NCBI GenBank assembly: GCA_041686025.1
Contig: JAWLEP010000047.1
Location: 1 to 18,196, forward strand
Length of the DNA stretch: 18,196 nt
Reading direction: 5' to 3'
Source of the DNA: Candidatus Fermentibacteraceae bacterium
Lineage (GTDB): Bacteria; Fermentibacterota; Fermentibacteria; Fermentibacterales; JCC-6
Shown: positions 1 to 7,079 of the stretch, one piece after another
How the letters are laid out: every line of letters starts with the position of its first letter
How positions within the stretch are numbered: the first letter of the stretch is position 1
Made by a program: the position numbers and the translations under genes
Notes under the pieces: generated by a model
The model's database searches: none
Told to the model about the DNA's origin: nothing
The model's input: only the letters and a program-made list of their open reading frames with translations

Positions 1-97
1 AGCGAACGACTCATCATCCCCGCGCAGTGGCAGCGCGGGGCCCATCTTCAGGCAGCCCAATCTATTGTCCCCCGACGCTCCCCTGTCAACCGCCAAC

Positions 98-125
98 CGG
101 GGACGGAGTACAACTTGTACAACTT
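98..125 (+). repeat. Left terminal inverted repeat CGGGGACGGAGTACAACTTGTACAACTT
   Basis: Exact reverse complement of 2773-2800 (28/28). Contains GTACAACTT twice in tandem (108-116, 117-125). Confidence 0.95.
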
Positions 126-190
126 GATGGCCATTTATTGCACGCAGATTGTGTCTAGACGCTAGGTTTGCTGTCAGGTACGATGGGTAA

Positions 191-1717
191 CTAGCCAATC
201 ATGACACTGGTACTGGGGAAGAAGGGATCGCTGGTGAGATTCACTCCCAGCTTTCGCAGTCCGGTTTCATCCCCGGAACATGGCATGTGTGTGAGATGAA
301 CCTCTGTGCCCCTAAGCTCGGGCAGCATGGCCATGGCCTCACCGGTGGCGGGGCTGGTGGTGGCGCTGATGCTGAGGGCGATAAGTACCTCATCCAGTGT
401 CAGCTGAAGGCTTGACTGGCCCAGAGAGCTTTCCAGGCCCTGTATGGAATCGATGGTCTGTGGCGTAAGGAGGTGAATCTGCTCGGGGATACCGGCCAGT
501 TTCTTGATGGCGTTGAGCACAACGGCTCCAGCCGCATGCATCAGCTTCGAGCTTCGCCCCGTTACTATCGACCCGTCGGGAAGCTCCAGAGCGGCGCCAC
601 TTCTCTCTTCGTCTCCATCGATATTGCGCATTGAGACTGTAGCGGCCTGCCTTGCCGGCGGAACCACCGATCGGTCCTTTGGCTCGATATCGTTGTCTCC
701 CATCAGCAGCTCCACCTTCTGCACAGTTTCCTCATCCTCGATGCCCATCACGTACTCGCAGCGGTAGCGGAAGTACCTGCGGACGATCTCCTGACAGGCG
801 GCCTCGCGGACGACATCGTCGTCCACGATTCCGAAGCCCGCCCGGTTTACGCCCATGTCTGTGGGCGAAGCGTAGGGCGATTTGCTTCCCGAGATGCGCT
901 CAAGTATCCGCCTCAGCAGGGGGAAAGCCTCCACGTCCCGGTTGTAGTTGACGGCGGTTTTTCCGTAAGCGTCCATGTGGAAGGGATCCAGTAGATTTAC
1001 GTCTCGAAGGTCCGCCGTGGCAGCTTCGTATGCGGCGTTTACCGGATGTTTCAGAGGGAGGTTCCATATGGGGAATGTTTCGAACTTGGCGTAGCCGGCC
1101 TCCCTGCCACGGCGGTGCTCGTGGTAGAGCTGGCTGAGGCATGTGGCCAGCTTGCCGCTGCCGGGGCCCGGCCCGGTAACCACCACCAGAGGCTTCTCTG
1201 TCTCCAAGAAGTCGTTTCGGCCGTAGCCTTCCTCGCTGACGATAAGATCCACGTCGGTGGGGTAGCCCTTGGTGTAGTAGTGTCGGAAAACATCTACCCC
1301 TCTGCGCTCAAGTCTCTTCTGAAAGGTGACCGCAGCCGGCTGGTCATCGAATCTGGTGATAACGACGCCCCGCACGCTGAGCCCGTTCTCCCGCAGGCCA
1401 TCGATGAGCTTCATGGCGTCGGCATCGTAGGTGATGCCGAAGTCGCCCCGGAGCTTTCTCTTCTCGATGTCTCCCGCATAGATGCATAGGATGATCTCGG
1501 CTCGATCTGACAGCTCACGAAGAAGCGTTATCTTGACATTAGGCTTATAGCCGGGAAGCACCCTTGCGGCGTGGTAGTCATACATCAGCTTGCCGCCGAA
1601 CTCCAGGTAGAGCTTGCCGCTGAACCTCTCAATCCTCTCCACGATGGACTCGGTCTGCTCCCGGAGGTACTTGTGGTTATCAAAGCCGACTTCTGCCGTC
1701 GTGGAGCCGTTCTTCAT
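191..1717 (-). CDS. DUF1846 / UPF0371 family protein (uncharacterised, P-loop-like)
   Basis: 508 aa. Family-typical segments GFDNHKYL..Q, KLYLEFGGKL.D.HAARVLPG, VVVTGPGPGSGKLATCLSQLYHE, GYAKFETFPIWNLPLKHPVNAAYEAATADL, NYNRDVEAFP, SPTDMGVN. Confidence 0.9.
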   Translation of the reverse strand: MKNGSTTAEVGFDNHKYLREQTESIVERIERFSGKLYLEFGGKLMYDYHAARVLPGYKPNVKITLLRELSDRAEIILCIYAGDIEKRKLRGDFGITYDADAMKLIDGLRENGLSVRGVVITRFDDQPAAVTFQKRLERRGVDVFRHYYTKGYPTDVDLIVSEEGYGRNDFLETEKPLVVVTGPGPGSGKLATCLSQLYHEHRRGREAGYAKFETFPIWNLPLKHPVNAAYEAATADLRDVNLLDPFHMDAYGKTAVNYNRDVEAFPLLRRILERISGSKSPYASPTDMGVNRAGFGIVDDDVVREAACQEIVRRYFRYRCEYVMGIEDEETVQKVELLMGDNDIEPKDRSVVPPARQAATVSMRNIDGDEERSGAALELPDGSIVTGRSSKLMHAAGAVVLNAIKKLAGIPEQIHLLTPQTIDSIQGLESSLGQSSLQLTLDEVLIALSISATTSPATGEAMAMLPELRGTEVHLTHMPCSGDETGLRKLGVNLTSDPFFPSTSVMIG

Positions 1718-1747
1718 GTCAGTCGTCCTCTGGTCGGTGTCAACCCA

Positions 1748-1776
1748 TTGAAGTTTTGCCGCTGTCCGTATAAACT
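1748..1776 (+). promoter_or_regulatory. Putative sigma70 promoter of the transposase (probably leaderless mRNA)
   Basis: TTGAAG (1748-1753), 17 nt, TAAACT (1771-1776). The ATG at 1785 follows the -10 box after 8 nt, with no Shine-Dalgarno. Confidence 0.5.
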
Positions 1777-1784
1777 AATAGTGT

Positions 1785-2765
1785 ATGCCAAGACTTGCGA
1801 GGCCCGATTACGAAGATGCTGTCCATCACGTTATGGGTCGGGGGATCGAAAAGCGGCCGATCTTCACCTGCCATCGCGACAGATCGGAGTTCCTCGACCG
1901 AATGGAGGCCGTATGTCCTGAATGCGGTCTCGAAATATATGCCTGGTCACTGATGCCCAACCATTTCCATCTGCTCCTCAGGAGGAAGAAACAGAAGCTG
2001 GGCCATGGAATGCGCAGGTTGCTCTGCGGTTATGCTTCCTGGTTCAACCGTCGATACGAGAGGAGCGGCCGTCTGTTCCAGGGGCGCTACAAATCCAAGC
2101 TTGTTGAAACCGAGCGCTACCTCGCCAGACTCGTAAGGTACATCCATCTGAATCCCGTCAAGGCCGGAATGATAGATAACGAAACCCTAGAGTCTTATCC
2201 CTGGACGGGACACAGGGCACTCATGGGGACGGTGAAGCTCTCCTGCCAGAATACTTCGGCAGTACTTGCCTTCTTCGGGGACTCTGAGAGCTCTGGAAGA
2301 AAAAACCTCTCGGAATACATGTCGGTCGAAGACCCAGAGCCGGAGGAGTTGGGACGATGGTGCTGGACCCTCAGCTTCGGAGAAAGAAAACGGAAATGCC
2401 ATGTGGCTGCAATTGGCTCCGAGGAATTCAGGCGCAGCATTGCCATGCGTTCCGAACCCGGAGCCAGATCAACTCGCGTTGGGAACCCCGGACATCTTGC
2501 ATCTGCGATGGACGATCTCTGCAGAGAGATGGGCGCCAGCCCCGCGAGAATCCGGGGCGGGGCAAAGGGCGGCAGTCTCTCCGAAGTCCGAGCTGCCATA
2601 TCATTCCTGGGTACAGTTGTGCTGGGTTTGACCACCACCCAGGTTTCTCGACACTTAGGAGTGTCTCAGCAGTCAGTAAGTAAATCAGTTGCTCGGGGAA
2701 GAAGGATTCTGGCAGAGAACCCCGACATGCGCAGTAGACTTATCTCTATGCTCACCAACAAGTAA
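1785..2765 (+). CDS. REP-associated tyrosine transposase-like protein (Y1_Tnp HUH domain + C-terminal DnaA_C-like HTH)
   Basis: 326 aa. N-terminal MPR.AR...HHVMGRG, HUH motif MPNHFHLL, GRLFQGRYKS, catalytic Tyr motif RYIHLNPVKAGM, YPWTG. C-terminal HTH-like LTTTQVSRHLGVSQQSVSKSVARG. Confidence 0.92.
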   Translation: MPRLARPDYEDAVHHVMGRGIEKRPIFTCHRDRSEFLDRMEAVCPECGLEIYAWSLMPNHFHLLLRRKKQKLGHGMRRLLCGYASWFNRRYERSGRLFQGRYKSKLVETERYLARLVRYIHLNPVKAGMIDNETLESYPWTGHRALMGTVKLSCQNTSAVLAFFGDSESSGRKNLSEYMSVEDPEPEELGRWCWTLSFGERKRKCHVAAIGSEEFRRSIAMRSEPGARSTRVGNPGHLASAMDDLCREMGASPARIRGGAKGGSLSEVRAAISFLGTVVLGLTTTQVSRHLGVSQQSVSKSVARGRRILAENPDMRSRLISMLTNK

Positions 2766-2772
2766 CTGAATT

Positions 2773-2800
2773 AAGTTGTACAAGTTGTACTCCGTCCCCG
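2773..2800 (-). repeat. Right terminal inverted repeat AAGTTGTACAAGTTGTACTCCGTCCCCG
   Basis: Exact reverse complement of 98-125, immediately downstream of the transposase stop codon. Confidence 0.95.
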
Positions 2801-2815
2801 AAAGGGCCGTCCCCG

Positions 2816-2849
2816 GAAGGGGGGCGGCGCCGAAGCGCCGCCCCCCTTC
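2816..2849 (-). terminator. Strong stem-loop, probable terminator or 3' stabilising hairpin of the C25 peptidase gene
   Basis: Perfect 15-bp stem GAAGGGGGGCGGCGC/GCGCCGCCCCCCTTC. On the - strand the loop reads C(UUCG)G. Lies 25 nt past the peptidase stop. No clear U-tract. Confidence 0.65.
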
Positions 2850-2874
2850 TCTGCGTGGCTGTGGTAGTCTGCGG

Positions 2875-5145
2875 CTAGCGGATCACCATCGCCTGTCGGG
2901 TAAGGGTACCCTCGGGGGTGGTGAGCCGGACGAAGTAGACGCCGCTGGTGATGTCGGTGGGCGTCCAGTTGTAGGTGTAGTTGCCGGCATCCATCTCGCC
3001 GCTTATCAGGGTACGCACCTTGCGGCCGGTGACATCGAAGACCGTCAGCTCGACATGGCCCGGGCTGGGCATGCCGTAGCCTATGCTGGCGCTCACCGTA
3101 ACCGGGTTGGGCGCGGGGTTGTTCAGGTGCAGCGAGTAGGGCCTGGAAGCTGTCTGGTCGACTGCCTCGGGCCAGATGTCGATGTTGTCGACGTCGAAGG
3201 TGTAGTTGTGCTTGAAGGCGCCCACCGTCAGCTCGCCGTTCTCGGGCACGTCGACGCTGATGGTCACCTGCCCGGAGGAGTTGGTTGTGGCCTCCTCGTA
3301 GACGGTGAGGGCGTCAATGCCGTCGACGCCGTCGCAGATGGTGACGTCCGCACCCTCAACCGGGGAGCCGTTGGAGTTCACTGTTACGGTGATGTCCTGC
3401 GGCCCCGGGTTGACGTGTCCCGCGGTGACTATGTCCAGCGGGGTGGGGAGGGCGTCGTCGTTGGTCCAGGTGTCAACCGCCGGGTCGCCGAACCAGATGT
3501 ACATCTTGGCGTTGGACTCGCCCAGGCTTCCGTGGTAGTCGAGTATGTACTCGGTGGAGTACATGATGGTCTCGCCTATCCGGTAGAGACCCTCGTCGTA
3601 GAGCCCGCGGTAGATGCGCTTCATGTAGTCGTGGTTGGGCACTGTGTAGGAGGGGTTGGTGGCCGCCAGGTTGCCGTAGCAGCCGTTATCGGCCCACTGC
3701 CAGGCCTCGGCCAGGCAGGTGCCGGACTCATTGTAGCGGCCGCAGTAGCAGGCGATGTTGAACACCGGCGGCATGAAGTCGTTGGTCAGGCTGTTGATGT
3801 TGCTGGAGTTCCAGCCCGGTGACCAGGACCAGTAGGTGACGTCGCCGTGCCCGCGGTAGCCGACCGTACCTATACCGTCGTTGATGAGGTTCTCGAGGTC
3901 GTCGGCGGTGGCCCCCTCCGGCGGGTAGAGCTTGTCGAAGCTGACGTCGCAGAGGGAGTACGGGTAGGCGGCTATGCTGTCGCAGCACTCGGTGTACTTA
4001 CCCGGGTACTGTTCCTCGTGGGCGGCGAGCACCGTCTCGCTGGGAGTGATGCCGGTGGTGGCGAGGTCCTCCCACGCGTAGTTGATGTAGCCGTCCATGG
4101 TCTTGTCCACCTGGTGAGCTATCTGGGCCTCGTCGCCGGTTAGACGGCCCACGGCTATCTCGGGGTAGAGGTCTCCGCCGGTAAGGCAGGCGTAGTAGTA
4201 GTCCCCGACGTGGGAGCCGTAGCTGTAGGACGGCATGTCATCGTGGTCGCCCGCTATCAGGGCGAACCTCATGACGCCGGTGTCGTAGTTGTCGGCGATG
4301 GCTCCGAACATCTCACCGGGGTCGGAGGGGTTGGAAAGGGTCTCCACCCTGGCCTTCAGCCCCATGGCGTTGTGGTGCTCTATCAGGGGCTGGACGTCGT
4401 CGATGTTGTCGGCGTTCACCAGGAACACGTACTCCGGAGCGTCGTCGGCACCGTCGGCCTGGGCCGCGCTGTGGAAGTCGGCGAAGTTGATGACGCGATC
4501 ACGGTAGGCGGCGAACATGGCCCTGTTGCTCGGGTGCGCCGGAACCTCCATCTGCCCGGTGAAGTCCACCCTCACCAGTATCCTGGAGGCCGCCATCAGC
4601 TCACCCGTCTGGGGGTTGTACCGGAAGGGGTGCACGTTCAGGCGCGCCACCCGCAGGCCCGACCAGATGCCCTCGTTGTCCGCGTCGACCCAGCTTCCGG
4701 GGAAGACCCTGTCGGAGGAGTAGTAGGCCTGGTCCATCTCGAAGGGGTAGGGGGCGTGGGGCATGTCGATCTCGGGAGTCTGCCTGGGCATCAGCTCGAC
4801 GTCATCGAAGGTGGAGTACTCGACGTCCTCCACCGAGACCTCCGGGCTGGTTCCGAAGGGCAGGGCGAACAGCTTGCGCCAGGACTGGACCTCCGGAAGG
4901 CCCACCATGTCGTGGGTACGGCACTGCGAAAGCGCCAGCCTCTGCCATACCTGGCCCTCGGCCGGGAAGTCGTAGAGCCAGAACCCGGGAACCTCGAGCT
5001 CCACCAGGATATGGTCGAAGTCGGACTCCAGGAGCCTGACCTCTATCCCCTCGCCGGAACGGCCGCCCAGGGACTGCCAGTCGGCGGGCCCGTATGCCAT
5101 GGCCACCACGGCGATTAGAAGTGACGCCAGAAGAGAGAGTCGCAC
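2875..5145 (-). CDS. Gingipain-like peptidase C25 with propeptide and C-terminal T9SS/FlgD-Ig sorting domain
   Basis: 756 aa, GTG start with AAGGAGG upstream, signal peptide. Propeptide-like VGLPEV..., RVARLNVHPFRYNP. C25 motifs ALIAGD, GDYYYACLTGGDLYPEIAVGRL, YRGHG (His), IACYCG (Cys), WFGDP. C-terminal PNP...VFDVTGRKVRTL...SGVYFVRL. Confidence 0.88.
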   Translation of the reverse strand: MRLSLLASLLIAVVAMAYGPADWQSLGGRSGEGIEVRLLESDFDHILVELEVPGFWLYDFPAEGQVWQRLALSQCRTHDMVGLPEVQSWRKLFALPFGTSPEVSVEDVEYSTFDDVELMPRQTPEIDMPHAPYPFEMDQAYYSSDRVFPGSWVDADNEGIWSGLRVARLNVHPFRYNPQTGELMAASRILVRVDFTGQMEVPAHPSNRAMFAAYRDRVINFADFHSAAQADGADDAPEYVFLVNADNIDDVQPLIEHHNAMGLKARVETLSNPSDPGEMFGAIADNYDTGVMRFALIAGDHDDMPSYSYGSHVGDYYYACLTGGDLYPEIAVGRLTGDEAQIAHQVDKTMDGYINYAWEDLATTGITPSETVLAAHEEQYPGKYTECCDSIAAYPYSLCDVSFDKLYPPEGATADDLENLINDGIGTVGYRGHGDVTYWSWSPGWNSSNINSLTNDFMPPVFNIACYCGRYNESGTCLAEAWQWADNGCYGNLAATNPSYTVPNHDYMKRIYRGLYDEGLYRIGETIMYSTEYILDYHGSLGESNAKMYIWFGDPAVDTWTNDDALPTPLDIVTAGHVNPGPQDITVTVNSNGSPVEGADVTICDGVDGIDALTVYEEATTNSSGQVTISVDVPENGELTVGAFKHNYTFDVDNIDIWPEAVDQTASRPYSLHLNNPAPNPVTVSASIGYGMPSPGHVELTVFDVTGRKVRTLISGEMDAGNYTYNWTPTDITSGVYFVRLTTPEGTLTRQAMVIR

Positions 5146-5402
5146 TTTGGAAACCTCCTTGCTTATGGTTGTACGAGTGACTGCCAGGGTAAGATAGGTA
5201 CCTTGTATCCTTATCCTTGTAACGTATCCGGGTCAAGACCCGCGTCGGTGCGAAAGCAGCTGAGGAAGCGTACCGGATACCGCAGAAACCCGCTTCTCTC
5301 CTTATTCCAAACGTCTCCGGCGCCTGTGGGTTCCCGCCGACGAAACTTGACCTTCCTCCGTCGGCAGGGCAGTGTTGTACGGCATGCACCGAAAGGAGAG
5401 AG

Positions 5403-6104
5403 ATGAGATCACGTTTCTATGGAGTGTTACTGCTTTGCGCCGCCGCCGCTTTCGCGGGCCCCAGGTTCGGCGGCAGGCTGGGATGGTACCAGGGTGAGCA
5501 GCCGAGGATGGGGGACGACGCCTCCAACCTGGCCTTCGGCGGACAGTTCGTCTTCCCGATAATGGGAATGGTGGACCTGGAGTTCAGCGCAGGCTACACC
5601 TCCCAGGAGGACGACATCACCCTCGAGAACTACCTGATGAACTACCTGGAGGAGGAAGAGGGCATCGAGTTCGGCGGGGACGTTGACTCCCTGATGGGCT
5701 ACGTGGAGGACGAGTGGGGCTGGTCTCCCTCCACCGACACCCTCACCCAGACCTACACCAACAAGTTCCACGACCTGGACCTGGGTGCGACGCTGAAGGT
5801 CAACCTGCCGCTGGGCGGCATGCCCTTCAAGCCCTACATCGGCGGGGGCGGGGGCGCTCACTTCATCGTCAGCGAGGCCGACGCCCTGATACAGCTGGTG
5901 AACGCCCAGGCGGGCAACTCAGTGGACATAGACCCCTACGACCACGTGCATCCGGGCATACACGGCGTGGTGGGCGCCACCTTCCAGCCACCCATGTCGC
6001 CCATCAGCGTCTTCGCGGAGTACAAGCTGGCCAGGGCCCTGGGAGACGAAGCGGGAGCGGGGGGGATAAACTCCTTCGCAGCAGGCGTTAACCTGGGCTT
6101 CTAG
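5403..6104 (+). CDS. Outer-membrane beta-barrel protein (small, OmpA/OmpW-like)
   Basis: 233 aa, AAAGGAG RBS, signal peptide, amphipathic strands (FGGRLGW, DLEFSAGY, KPYIGGGGG, VFAEYK), C-terminal AAGVNLGF ending in Phe. Confidence 0.7.
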   Translation: MRSRFYGVLLLCAAAAFAGPRFGGRLGWYQGEQPRMGDDASNLAFGGQFVFPIMGMVDLEFSAGYTSQEDDITLENYLMNYLEEEEGIEFGGDVDSLMGYVEDEWGWSPSTDTLTQTYTNKFHDLDLGATLKVNLPLGGMPFKPYIGGGGGAHFIVSEADALIQLVNAQAGNSVDIDPYDHVHPGIHGVVGATFQPPMSPISVFAEYKLARALGDEAGAGGINSFAAGVNLGF

Positions 6105-6919
6105 TCGGCGGATCCCAACAGGGGGCCGGAGCTTTTCCGAACGGAAGCTCCGGCCCTCATCAGCTCGAACAGGTTGGGGCCGGAGGCCACGATTCCGGCA
6201 GACCCCAGGACCCAGTCGCCCCCCTCGAAGGCTCCCACCCGTCCCCCGGCCTCGGCTACCAGCAGCGCCCCCGCCGCCATGTCCCAGGGCTTGAGGTGCT
6301 GCTCGTAGAACCCGTCCGCCCTTCCGCAGGCCACGTAGGCCAGATCCAGCGCCGCAGACCCGGCCCTCCGCACCCCCTGGGCCCGCCCCAGGAAGTGGAC
6401 CAGTGGGGCCAGCTCCAGGCCGGGGTCGGACTCCGAGCGGTGGTAGGGAAACCCGGTGCAGATCAGGGCGCGGTCCAGCTCGGACACCTCGGAGGCGGCA
6501 ACCGGCCTCCCGCCCAGGAATGCGCCCCCGCCCCTGACGGCCGAGAACAGCTCATCCCTGGTGGGGTCGTAGACGACGGCCGCCAGCGGGCCGCTTTTGT
6601 CGCAGAGGGCCACGCTGACGCAGAAGACGGGAAAGCCGTGGGCGTAGTTGTTGGTTCCGTCCAGCGGGTCCACAACCCACAGAGGCGGGTCGGGAATTCT
6701 GCCGTCCCAGTCCTCCTCTCCCAGGAATGCGGCGTCGGGACGCAGCCCGCAGAGGCGCTCCCTCAGGAGCTCCTGGGAGGCCAGGTCGGCGGAGGTCACC
6801 AGCTCGTGGTCGTCCTTCCGGTAGACGCTGACACCACGCCTGAGGTGCTCCATCAGGATCTCTCCGGCGTCGCGGGACGCCTCCGAGATGGACTCTGCAA
6901 GTCCGTCGGTTTCGCCCAA
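6101..6919 (-). CDS. suhB: Inositol monophosphatase family protein (SuhB-like)
   Basis: Motifs LVTSADLASQ, FLGEE, WVVDPLDGTNNYAHG, RRAGSAALDLAYVACGRADG, LKPWDMAAGALLVAEAGG. Start re-assigned to TTG at 6919 (GGAGG 9 nt upstream) instead of ATG 7000. Confidence 0.9.
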   Translation of the reverse strand: MGETDGLAESISEASRDAGEILMEHLRRGVSVYRKDDHELVTSADLASQELLRERLCGLRPDAAFLGEEDWDGRIPDPPLWVVDPLDGTNNYAHGFPVFCVSVALCDKSGPLAAVVYDPTRDELFSAVRGGGAFLGGRPVAASEVSELDRALICTGFPYHRSESDPGLELAPLVHFLGRAQGVRRAGSAALDLAYVACGRADGFYEQHLKPWDMAAGALLVAEAGGRVGAFEGGDWVLGSAGIVASGPNLFELMRAGASVRKSSGPLLGSAD

Positions 6920-6987
6920 GGGTTGCGGCCTCCCTTCATCGCATGATCCCCAGCCGGCGTCGGGTGCATGATAAGGCCCGGTCATGA

Positions 6988-7016
6988 TTGTGCAACCCAA
7001 GTCAAGGGATTATTAT
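6988..7016 (+). promoter_or_regulatory. Putative sigma70 promoter for the channel operon
   Basis: TTGTGC (6988-6993), 17 nt, TATTAT (7011-7016), in an AT-richer patch between divergent genes. Confidence 0.4.
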
Positions 7017-7079
7017 GATGGGCGAATAGTCATTCCGCTACGCCGGAGCGACGAAAGGGCCCTTGAAGAGGGGAATCTG

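Larger units (their letters stand above)
98..2800. mobile_element. Putative TIR-bounded HUH (Y1/RAYT-like) transposon carrying a DUF1846 cargo gene
   Basis: Perfect 28-bp inverted repeats at 98-125 and 2773-2800 enclose a Y1 transposase and one other gene. The right repeat starts 8 nt after the transposase stop. The interior looks less GC-rich than the flanking genes. No target-site duplication seen. Confidence 0.75.

Noticed and set aside
18..89. Hairpin CCCCGCGC/GCGCGGGG (18-40) and - strand TTGACA (89-84) with TAGATT (64-59)
   Set aside because: May be the promoter and leader of a gene leaving the window on the left, but the spacer is 19 nt and the gene cannot be seen.
85..97. Target-site duplication around the element
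   Set aside because: Left flank (..CCGCCAAC) and right flank (AAAGGGCC..) share no direct repeat.
98..125. CRISPR repeat or REP array interpretation of the 28-mer
   Set aside because: Only two copies, inverted and 2.65 kb apart. No spacers, no cas genes, and no GTAG-tagged hairpin array seen.
2776..5118. 348-aa and 302-aa + strand ORFs
   Set aside because: Antisense shadows of the C25 peptidase; the first starts inside the terminal repeat.
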